A stretch of 63,347 nucleotides of DNA, the filler included, from Olpidium bornovanus S191 (taxonomy: Eukaryota; Fungi; Olpidiomycota): NCBI GenBank assembly GCA_017911155.1. It is 30 parts of 30 records of this genome, joined end to end, with 100 filler letters (N's around TTAATTAATTAA, not from the genome) between each part and the next. Parts side by side here need not be neighbours in the genome. Positions count along the whole stretch, not along the records: positions 1 to 2,666 come from JAEFCI010010585.1; positions 2,767 to 4,818 come from JAEFCI010012967.1; positions 4,919 to 9,630 come from JAEFCI010011074.1; positions 9,731 to 12,864 come from JAEFCI010006498.1; 26 more parts are not named here. One strand, written 5' to 3'. A model generated the notes under the pieces. It did no database searches and was not told where the DNA came from. It saw only the letters and a list, made by a program, of their open reading frames with translations. The position numbers were made by a program, and so were the translations under genes. Each line of letters opens with the position of its first letter. Position 1 is the first letter of the stretch. Positions 1-9,940 of this stretch are shown in pieces.

Positions 1-192
1 GGGAAGACGAGAAAAAAAAAGAAAAAAACAAGTTACTCGGCACGGTTTGCGACGAAAAAAAGAAGAAAAAAAAAGGCCGACGCTTGGAAAAGTTGAGGGC
101 GTTTTTTTTCTTCCTTTCATGACTGGGCCGCGCAATGAGCGGGAAGCCCCGTGTGCGGGTGCGGCGTTCGTCTTCCAGTCGGAGCCACTTAC

Positions 193-2144
193 TCCAATAG
201 GGCGTGCCTACCACCGACCCGCTCGCGGAATCGGCGTGCTGCAAGTTGAGAGAAACGCCGAAATCCGACAATTTTACGTTGCCGTTCTTGGTGGTAAGGA
301 TGTTCGCCGCCTTGAGATCGCAGTGCACGACCCTCTTGCTGTGGAGGTAAGCGAGTCCCTCGAGTATCTTCACCGTGTAAGAAACCACCAGCGGTTCCGG
401 GAAGCTGCCGAAAGCTTTGAGGGTGTTGTGTAGCGAGCCGTTCTCAACGAACCTGCCGAAGCAGGGACGCCCGCGTTTCAGATCAGCATACTGATCATCC
501 GGGAAAGACGGGCACCTTTTGACCGAGGACGCGCAAACAGAAACTTTCCAGGGGGTCTCCCTCGCTGGAGAGAGAAAACGTACTCAAGAATAATATAAAG
601 GTACTCAGAAGTGCACAAGCAGCCTTCGTACTTGACGATTCCCGGGTGGGACAGAGACTTCAACAAATCAACTTCCAGCTGAATTTTTGCGTAACCGCGG
701 ATTTTGGAACAGAGTCAGACCGGGAAAGCATTAAGAACCATCCATCGCGACACGTTTTGTTCCCCCACCATCAGGTCGTCAACATCTTTCCTGTTCAGTC
801 CGCTAAGTCCGGCGCGTTTGATTGCGACGACCTGTCCTGTCTGAAGATTGAGCGCGCGGTACACGGACGCAAATTGTCCTTTGCCAATGCAGTTTCCGAG
901 TTGCTGAACGTTTTCCAAAGGCCGCATCAGAAATCGAACGATTCTCGCGTCAAGTACTAGGAGGGGGGAAATTTATACACGTCATTGTCGGGCATAAAAG
1001 CATCCGTTCTTACGTATTTAGCCACGGTTCCGCCCTCGCTCGTGACCACAAGAGTCTCTCTGCTGTCCGACGCGCCTTTTCGGAACTTCGTGGACTTCCG
1101 CTGGACGACCGCACGCGCTTCTGGCTGGACCTCAGCGGCGGCCGGACGGCCGCCGCCATTTGCGTTCACCGCCCTGGACTGCTGCGGCTCCTCGACCGCC
1201 AATCTGCCCGTGCTTGAAACAACCTGGGCGAGAGCCGAGCCTTCGGGCTTTGCTCCAATTTCCGTTTTCGTTTCTGTTCCAGGTGCTAGGATGTCGACGG
1301 CGTTTCCGGGCACGTTATGCTCGTCGGCGGCGACGTGACGCTGGTGCGGCGACGGCGGCTCGGCTTGACCGCTGGGCCACGGCCTGGGCAGCGGCACCGG
1401 AGCGCGGGCGGGGCCCGCGGTGCGTTCCGCTTCCCGAACCCGCGCCGGCGGCTCCGCGCCGCGGGTCCCCGCCGGGCCGGCGGGCCGCGTTGTCCTCGGC
1501 GGAGGGATCGGGGCCGTGGACACGGCGGGCGCAGGGATCTGCGCCGAAGGCGCCGCGGGGGGTTCGACCCCGGCGGGCGGAGCCGCGATGCCGGCGGCGG
1601 AGCTCGATGCAGGTTGCGCCTCGGCCGCGGGCTTCGCGGACGGAGGGTCCGCCGGGCGGCGGGGCCAGAACGCCGGCGGGGCGCGTGCGGCCGAGGGCTC
1701 CGGCGCCGGCAACAAGGGGACCTGCGGCGGCGCAGGCGCGGCCGGTCCCGCGTTTGCGGAAGCCGGCGGGGGCGGCGCGCGTCCGCGAGGGGCCTTCGCG
1801 GCCGGCGACGGGACGGCCGGGGCCGGGGCGGGCTTGCCGCGGCCGCTCGAAGAAGCAGGCGAGTACGGCTGCGACGACTGCGACTGGGACAGGGTGGGCG
1901 AACTCCCCGCCGAGGCCCCCTTCCGCGCCGCCGCCAGGAGAATGGCCGTCGGGACCGGTCCCGCGGCAAGGTCCTTGCGGGCGGGCGGCGGCACGGCCTC
2001 CGCCGCAAGGGTGTCCGTCGACATCGATCCCGGCGCCGGTCCCGCATCCCGGGCAAGCGCCGGAACCTTGGGACGGAAGACGTTCGCCTGCGCCGGCCGC
2101 TCGCTGCGGTGGATAAACGCCATCAGACGGCGGAAGAAATTCAT
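193..2144 (-). CDS. Cdc15/SepH-family (STE group) Ser/Thr kinase with long Pro/Ala-rich N-terminal extension; spliced, 3'-partial
   Basis: Exons about 2144-1014, 903-769, 678-584 and 452-193 with GT-AG borders. They translate to QLGNCIGKGQFASVYRALNLQTGQVVAIK, LEVDLLKSLSHPGIVKYEG, and EFVENGSL...HCDLKAANILTTKNGNVKLSDFGVS...GTPYW. The start MNFFRRL at 2144 is inferred. Confidence 0.9.
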
Positions 2145-2666
2145 CCCTGTGAGCTGCCCGAAAGTGCTCGATGGGATTCCCGTTTCCGCCTTTCTCTCTA
2201 TCTCTCTCTTATCTCTTCTTTTTCTCCGCCTTTCTCTCTCTCCCTCCCTCTCTCTCTCGCGGTCGTCAAGTCGGCCGGCGAGATGAAAAAACAGGTCGAC
2301 GGGGTGTCGCCCAGGCCAGCGACAGGCTGCCCGCCCCAGGACGTTCGGTCCGCAAGGGAGAGAGAGGGAGGGGAATGGAGATAGTTGCCGCTTGGTTTGA
2401 TGTCGGGGGGACCGGGGGAGGACGTTTCTGCGGAACGCGGGATCCTGTCGTCGAGGGAACGGGGAGAGTGGGGGCAGGGGGGCTGTCAACGCGCGGCCCC
2501 CGAACTGACGCGCGTTTTTTTGCCCACTCGGCGACGCCCGATCCCCATGGCAACCAAAGAAACGCGACCGAGTTGTGTCGCATCTCTCTCTCAGGCAACT
2601 GTCTCGGGCAACCGTCTGGGGCAACCACGAAAGCAACGAAGCCGTGTTCGAATTAAAAAATGACAC

Positions 2667-2766
2667 NNNNNNNNNNNNNNNNNNNNNNNNNNNNNNNNNN
2701 NNNNNNNNNNTTAATTAATTAANNNNNNNNNNNNNNNNNNNNNNNNNNNNNNNNNNNNNNNNNNNN
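2667..2766. other. Artificial contig-joining spacer N44-TTAATTAATTAA-N44 (first of 29)
   Basis: Identical 100-nt spacers start at 2667, 4819, 9631, 12865, 14634, 17480, 18759, 21003, 26305, 27448, 29589, 31921, 33134, 34286, 38085, 39560, 42593, 43823, 46081, 47213, 49165, 50531, 52411, 53519, 54671, 56086, 58524, 60263, 61523. TTAATTAATTAA places a stop codon in all six frames. Confidence 0.98.
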
Positions 2767-2979
2767 AAAAAGGGAAAAGGGGGGGGGGGGCCCCCCCGCG
2801 CCCCCCCCCCCCCCCCCCCCGAGCCGTCCGCCGGCGACAAAGTTGGCGCACCAGAGGACTACCGGCGGGCACGCGCACCGCGAGAGAAAAGGCGCTCTGC
2901 GGAACGGGCTGGGAACATCAACAGGAGGAGGAAGCGGGAAAGCTTCGAGGGCGGCGCGCGCGCCGGGCCGACCCACAAC

Positions 2980-4810
2980 ATGGAGTCGCAGTTCATCGGG
3001 GCGAGAATCAGCCTCATATCGAAGTCGGACATCCGTTACGTGGGGACGCTCCACAGCATTAGCCAGGTGGACAGCACCATTGCCTTGGAGAACGGTGAGC
3101 AGCCTTGCCGTTCGGGGAAGGTGTTACGGCTCGTAGACGGCATCTGAATTTGCTGCTTGCGGAACATTCTGCGTTTGCCTTTTCACGCGGCCCTTGCTCG
3201 GGGCCCTTTCTCGGTCATCCGTCTTCGTCGTCGTGCACCCGCAAAATCCTTGGCGCACTGACTTATTTTCGTGGGTTTCCTGGTTCATGTGGACCCAGTG
3301 AGATCCTATGGCACCGAAAACCGAAGAGTTGGCCCGGAAAAGATGGGCCCGAGCCCTTCGGTGTTCGAGTACATCCTCTTCCGCGCATCAGACGTCAAAG
3401 ACCTGCACGTCGAGGATCCCAAGAACCGGGCCAGTGATGTGCCGAACGACCCTGCAATTATATCGGTAAGCATGGTTTGTTATCCCCTTTCACATGGTTT
3501 GGCCCCCGCCACTTCTTTCTTATGGCGTCCGTGAAAATGTTTGGTCATTTGGCCAACGGGGGGTTTGCACAGGGGTGGAACTAATTGATTACTTATATGG
3601 CTGGAATATTGATTGTTATGGCGGTGAATGGCCGTTAGTCGACGAATGTTTCTAATTATCATGGTTTTTGTTACCCGTCTTATCTGCAAACCGTTAACAG
3701 TCGTCTAAAGCGTCCGCGCTGCCAGCCGGTCAGCACAGCGGATTGTTAGCTGGCTCCCTTCCGTACGCAGACCCTCAGCAAACTGCAGGGTTACATGTAC
3801 GATTGTGTGGAAATTGATTTGGGGTGCTGATTGCGGTGGGACTTCGGTGGTACACTGCGCAAACGCTAATTTATTGTGGAACCTCGAACCTTCCTTCGCC
3901 ATTGATCTCTATTCTTTCTGTTGTCATTATAGATGGCCTTTGAGAGCGAGCCTGCTTCCACTCGTGCATATGCCCCCGTTTACGCTCGACCGCGAGGAGT
4001 CACCAACGGTGATGTGAGGAATGGCTCCGATGTCCAAGATGACAGTCGAGTTGGTAATTGTTCACCCTTCCAGTAGTTGTTGATGCGTATGATGAACGCC
4101 ACGGATATCTTTTAGGGTCTTATCTTGAAATGATGAGCACACCCGTCTGCCTTCCTTCTGAAGCTTTATTGATGGTGGTGTGTGTGTGGGCTTTTGAAGG
4201 CTGCTCTCATAGTTACGCCTTAAATATTATTTCCAACACAGGAAATCTTCCGGGGACTGGTACTCACCTTCTTCATAACCGTCGTGGCCGAGGCGGGCGA
4301 CGGTTCGATAATCAAGCGCGAGATGGCGCGCAACTCCCTTTGCCGACACAGGATTTTGACTTCGAGTCCTCTAACGCGAAGTTTGACAAAGGCCAGCTTG
4401 TCAAGGAAGTCGGCAATACTGCGGAGGACGCCATATTTGACGCAGAGCGGGCGGATGATGGAGAGGGGTCCTCCCCGGCACCCCAACCGGTGGTATACTA
4501 CGACAAGTCGAGCTTTTTCGACAACATTTCGTGCGAAACCAAGGAGCGCCAGCAGATGGGGCAGGAGGGTCGTACCCGCGTGCCGGGCGAACGGCGTGCT
4601 TGGCAGTTGGAGGAACGCCGACTCAACGTCGAGACGTTTGGGCAAACGTCCATCGATGGCGGCCGGCACAGGCGCAACTTCCGCGGCCGAGGAGGCTACC
4701 GCGGCGGGTTCCGCGGCGCGCCTGGCGGGGCCCATCCCGGCGGCGCCGGGGGCAGGGATGGCGGTGGCGGTTTTCGGGGCGGTGGGAGAGGCCGGGGTGG
4801 CAGGTCGTGA
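2980..4810 (+). CDS. SCD6: Scd6/Lsm14 (RAP55) P-body protein; spliced
   Basis: N-terminal LSm14 domain MESQFIGARISLISKSDIRYVGTLHSI..., VRSYGTE...FEYILFRASDVKDLHV. Also FDF motif (DFDFESSNAKF), FFD box (YDKSSFFDNISCE), TFG box (ERRLNVETFG) and an RGG-rich tail ending TGA at 4810. Confidence 0.95.
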
Positions 4811-4996
4811 AAGTCATGNNNNNNNNNNNNNNNNNNNNNNNNNNNNNNNNNNNNNNNNNNNNTTAATTAATTAANNNNNNNNNNNNNNNNNNNNNNNNNN
4901 NNNNNNNNNNNNNNNNNNAGCACAGTTTAAACATGTCCAGCTGCTCGCAATTCCACTGGGATAGCTCTTTCCACGACCAGCCGGGGCCCCCCAAAC

Positions 4997-5030
<34 letters not shown>

Positions 5031-5227
5031 AGAAACAGAAAGACGAAAACGACCCCGCTTCCCCGGGACTTTCTCTCGCTGCGCCGTTTCGCGGGGAAAA
5101 AAAAAAAAAAAAAAAAACCGGGCCCCGCTGCGCGGCAGCCCGGGCCAGAGCGCGCGAGCGAGCAAGTCCCACCCCCATTTCCGGGTTGCATCGGCCCGTG
5201 CACCCGCCCGCCCTCCCGGAAACCGCG

Positions 5228-8056
5228 ATGCGCCGATCTAGGCCACGCCTCCCCGGTTTCTCCCTGTCCTCCTGCCCCTGCAGGTGCTGCTGCAGCCGGT
5301 GGAGCGCGCCCGCGCCGCCGCTGCTCCAGCGGCGCGGTCTCGGGTACGGCCCTCGGGGCGGCCGCGGCGCGGCCGACTTCGACCCGTTCGAAGCGTCGAG
5401 GCGCGACTGGCCTCTGCTGCAGGAGTTCCTCCGCCGCTGGGAGACGGCGCGGTTCCTGGACGGCCTGTTGCCGGCCCGACAGGAAGGCGCCAAGCGGCTG
5501 CTGGAAAGCAGCGCGAGGCCGGGGCGCGATCCGACGCGGCTCGTGCGCGAGTGGAACAGGGCCTTCGGCGCCGGCGTCGCGGTGCCCGACCTCGGCAGGC
5601 TGGAACTTCTCCACCCGAGCAAGGTCGTCCAGTTCGGCATTTCGACCGCTTCGGCCCCCTCCTCGTGGGACAGGCGGTTCCAGCTCGACCCGCCGCAGCT
5701 ACAATACAGCTGCCGCTTCGGCAGGCGGTTCGGGGCTTTCCGGATCCTGCGCGTGAGAGGCCGCAGACACCGGCCAGCCGGCCACGCCAGCAAGGTCAGC
5801 AGCGGTCACATCCGGTGGTTCAACGAATTCCGCATGCTCGAGCTGTGCGGCTTGCGCTTCGAATTCCTGTTTGCCAAGGACGACGACGACGGCGTCTACT
5901 TCGCAACCAGCGGCGCCGGACCGTCTCCGCTGCCTATTCCACCGGTATCGATCGCAGAGGCCTTGGAGTGGGTTGTGCCGCCCGCGCACAACATAAGCTT
6001 GGGAATAGGAAAGTACTCTGCGAGAATAGTAAGTGGCCCCACGGGTGAGGCCGGGCCGGGGCCAAAAGGGGAGGGGAGGCCATTTGCAACAGCGTGGCCA
6101 GCCGCTTGTTTGAACGAGGCCAACGTAGAAGTGCCGATACTCTTATGCAACCGTCTTACTAGGGTATGTCTTTTTCCCGGACAAGACCTGTTGTCATCAA
6201 CCCTAGAAACGTTTCTGCCGTAGAGGATGTCCACGGTCATGACAGCTATAACAATCGGACGGTGAGGGACCCTCGTGGACAAATTGACACAGATCCGTCG
6301 TCACAGATCGCCAACGCCTACTCGTTTTAAGCAGTGCATGACAGACGGCTGCGCCCCTATCTCGCGCCAAATTCTCGAGCGGGTGCAAACGAGCCTGCGC
6401 TTAGACCAGTTGCCGTGCGCAGTGCAGGCCCGTCTGGGACCGTCCAAGGGCGTATGGTACCTTGCCAGCAACGAAGAGGAGGAGGAAATGGCGACAATCG
6501 GCGGATCACGCGCCGAGGACGGATGGATCAAGTTTACGCCTTCGCAAAAAAAGTTCTGCTTGCCGGACGCCGAGCCGCACCAATCGTCTGTGTTGGATAT
6601 TGTGAACGTCGCCTGCAATCCTAAACCCAGCGCGCTTAACGGCGGCACCATCCGGGTTCTGGAATCCGGAGGCATTCCCGTGTCCGTGTTCCTGCAGTTG
6701 CAGGAAGAGCAGGTGTTTCGCCTGGAAAGGAGGCTGTTTTCCCCCGACGTAAACCTCGTGTTACGGGAGCTCCATCGCTACATGCGCATGTTGTGCAACC
6801 CCGGCGACGCGGTGACACCAAGTAATCTTCGGGAGGCGCAACTGGTTGACAGATGCATCGCGCTGATCTGTGCTGGTGCGACGGACACAGATCCGAACGT
6901 GGCGGTCTCGAAGAAGATTTTTGCGTGCAACTACACGCGCGCAATGCTCCAAGGGATGAGCTCCGCGGATCCCAAGCTGGATGTGGCTCGGTCGCGGTAT
7001 GTCATGATGGTTGCGCCCCACCGGTTCAATCCGCTTAAGGCCCGGCAGGTGTATTGCTGCTTGACTTCCATCGACGAGGAGACCGGCAGAGAGATCGGAG
7101 TGCTGAAGGGACCCTTGCTGCTGGCGCGCAACCCCTGTCTTCTCCCGACGGACGTCATGCTTGTGGAAGCTGTTGACGCGTCGGAACTCAGTCACCTCAA
7201 GGACGTGCTCGTGATGCCAGTGCAAGGCGACAGGCCGTTGGCGTCGGATCTGGCGGGAGGAGATTACGACGGCGATCTGGTGCGGTTTTGGTTCCGTGGC
7301 GTTCGCCCGGTTTTCCGGCCTTTTTCACGCGCGGGCGCCAATTTTTGCTGACCCGCGGCGTAAATGGTGTCACACCGCGCTTCTCGAGCGCAGGCGTTTG
7401 TCACCTGGGACAGGCGCCTCACGGAAAACTTTAAGGTCTCTACCGCGGATTACGCCCGGCTGGCAAGAACGGTGAACCTGTTCTTCGTTCCTCGGCGGGA
7501 AACTGTCGGCGAGGCCGTCAACGGCGGAATATCCGGCCTTTCTGACAGACTTTTCCGAAGATTCGGCCTTTTCAACTCGGTGCGAAGTCCACGGACCGAC
7601 GACTGCCAGCGGCGAGGTGGCGCCGACGGGCGCCGGTTCCTCCCGACGGAAGCAAATAAAATCGGGGTGTATTACAACTGGTACAGCCGCTTGGTCGAGC
7701 AGCGCGGGCTGAGCGACCCCGAGGCGATCACACTGGCGCTGATGTGTGCGAAGTTAATCGACGCGCCCAAGCAGGACCTGCAGCTTGACCTCGACGTTTT
7801 CCGCCGCCACTGGCTCAAGAACGAGGTGGCGGAGCCACCGGCCGCAGGTCCGACGAACGAAAGGGACCGCCGAACGTCCCAACGGCAGGGGCTAACGCCG
7901 GTTCTGGCGCCAATCTTCCCGAACGCGGACGGCGTGGTCTCCGCCCCTGCTTCGGACCGCGCATCGGCCCTCGCGGAGCTGGAAAAGAACCTCGCCCGGA
8001 TGTGCGCGCAAACAAGGACGCTGTCCGGTGGCGCCACAACAACATCCAACGCGTGA
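5228..8056 (+). CDS. Cellular RNA-dependent RNA polymerase (RNAi; QDE-1-like); spliced, 5' end uncertain
   Basis: Spliced reading KYSARI|GMSFSRTRPV...VEDVHG...|CMTDGCAPIS...AVQARLGPSKGVW...PSQKKF...LNGGTIRVLESGGIP...LLARNPCLLPTD...RPLASDLAGGDYDGDL|AFVTWD...LIDAPKQ. The catalytic DxDGD is at 7262-7276, followed by a GT-AG intron 7280-7393. Confidence 0.9.
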
Positions 8057-8752
8057 CGCACGTGTCGTCCAACGTAGTTTATTTTCCACGTCCGTTCTCT
8101 GGGAAATTTAGAGATTCTTTAACGTACATACACGAGTTCCACTGGACAACGCCCGTGATCGATATAACGCCAACTCCCAACGAATCAAACTGCCGACGAC
8201 TTTCGTCAAGTTTTTTTGTTTTGTTGCTTCCTCAAGCGACACAGCGCCATTTGCCTTCATTTTGAGAGAATTTAGAGCAAGGCGCGCAGATATTTTGGAA
8301 CCGCTTTCTCGACCGCGGGAGCAGAGCGTGGAGTTCTGCGTCTGGCTGCGGGGGTTTCACGTATCGCGCCCCTTTCAGGCAGAAACAATGCTCTGACGGA
8401 TACGAGCTCGGGGACCTCGGCAGGGTAGGAGAGGCGTTCGGTTTATCGACTCCGCGCGGCTGTTCTTTGACCGGCGGGTTCAAGCTCTTTTCTCCTCGCA
8501 CGGCAGTCGCCGGAGGGAGGGAGGGAGGGGGGGCCGGGGCCTTCCGGCGGAAGGGCGCGCGTCACGCGGGTGGCACAACGCCAACACCGCTTTTCCCGGT
8601 TTCTTTTTGCGCGGCTGGCCGCGAGGGACGGTGGCAGGGCCTTATCGACTGTTGCGCCGCCAGGAACGCGAACCGAGCGTTAACAGGAGCGTGAAACAAA
8701 GAAATAAACAAAGGGAGGATCCGGAGTTTTCCCCTGCTTTGGCGAGGAGCGA

Positions 8753-8761
8753 GAGAGAGTA

Positions 8762-8794
<33 letters not shown>

Positions 8795-8836
8795 CAGAGA
8801 GAAGAGAGAGAGAGCAGAGAGAAGAGAGAGAGAGAG
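8753..8836. repeat. (GA)n microsatellite, imperfect
   Basis: Direct inspection of the sequence. Confidence 0.85.
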
Positions 8837-9300
8837 GGTGGGCGCGCGCGCGTGCGTGTGTGAGCGTGCCGGTATCGTTCGAGCGTCTTGCGCGCGGGGC
8901 GGGCGCACCCCTCCCCCGCCGGGCGGCGCAGAGGGCGGAGAGACCAATTCTACTTTACCCCCCTTTCTCTTCCTCCATTTGTCGTCGGGGAAAACAACGG
9001 GAAGGACGTGGGGGGGGGGATAGTTTTTGGAAATAACGAGGCGCCAGGGGCGGAGACGCACTGCGCGCACCCGTTGCCCCTTTGTAGAGTTCCTAGTTCC
9101 CGTCATATAGAAAAGGGCCAGAGGAAACTAGTAAACAAACGCCCCGAATACAGTTCCCCTTTCTTCCCGCCGTTCTCGCAGCCCCGCGCGGCGCATCTTC
9201 TTCGCCTTCTCCTCCGGCTCGGCTTTAACAAGTGGGACAGCGCAAGCGCCAAAAGAAAAAGGGGGTTAAAAAGCCGTGAATTCCCAGCGCGTTTCTTTTC

Positions 9301-9358
9301 GTTTGTTGTTGTTGTTGTTGTTATTGTTGTCGTTAGCTGTTGTTGTTGTTGTTGTTGT
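9301..9358. repeat. (GTT)n microsatellite, imperfect
   Basis: Direct inspection of the sequence. Confidence 0.85.
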
Positions 9359-9537
9359 ACGGACGCACGCGCATCTCGCCCTCGTTCTTCTCTCTTTCAC
9401 GCATGGCAACTCAGGAAGCAACACCCCTTCCCTATTGCTTAACCCCCAAACGCCAGCCCCGACGAGAGAAAGTGGGCGGACGGGAGCTTCTTTTCCGCTG
9501 CTGCCGCTGCTGCCGGAAAAGGAGGGAATGGTGAAGT

Positions 9538-9595
<58 letters not shown>

Positions 9596-9940
9596 GGGGG
9601 GGGGGGGGGGGGGGGAGGGGGACAGGGAACNNNNNNNNNNNNNNNNNNNNNNNNNNNNNNNNNNNNNNNNNNNNTTAATTAATTAANNNNNNNNNNNNNN
9701 NNNNNNNNNNNNNNNNNNNNNNNNNNNNNNACATGATCAAGGTCTTCGTCTTAAAGTCGTGGCCTCACGCACGTTTGGCGGCCGGGGCGCATTTGCTCTT
9801 GCGCCTCTCTGATCTCGAATGTCGCCTGCGCTTTCCTGCGCTTCGGCCCTTCGCCTGCGCTTTCCTGCGCTTCGGCCCTTCACCGCGTGCCCGCACGCCG
9901 TCTAACGGGAAGTTCCGACAACGCCTCGGAAAACTTGTAG

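Noticed and set aside
1160-2384. Many long overlapping Arg/Pro/Gly/Ala-rich ORFs (also near 19000-20800, 41750-42577, 43079-43762, 46300-47260)
   Set aside because: Shadow frames caused by high GC and stop-codon scarcity opposite real exons or in repeats. No domain motifs.
2711-2722. TTAATTAATTAA (overlapping PacI sites) recurring 29 times, superficially like a repeat array or CRISPR
   Set aside because: Always centred in 44+44 Ns. It is an artificial six-frame stop linker.
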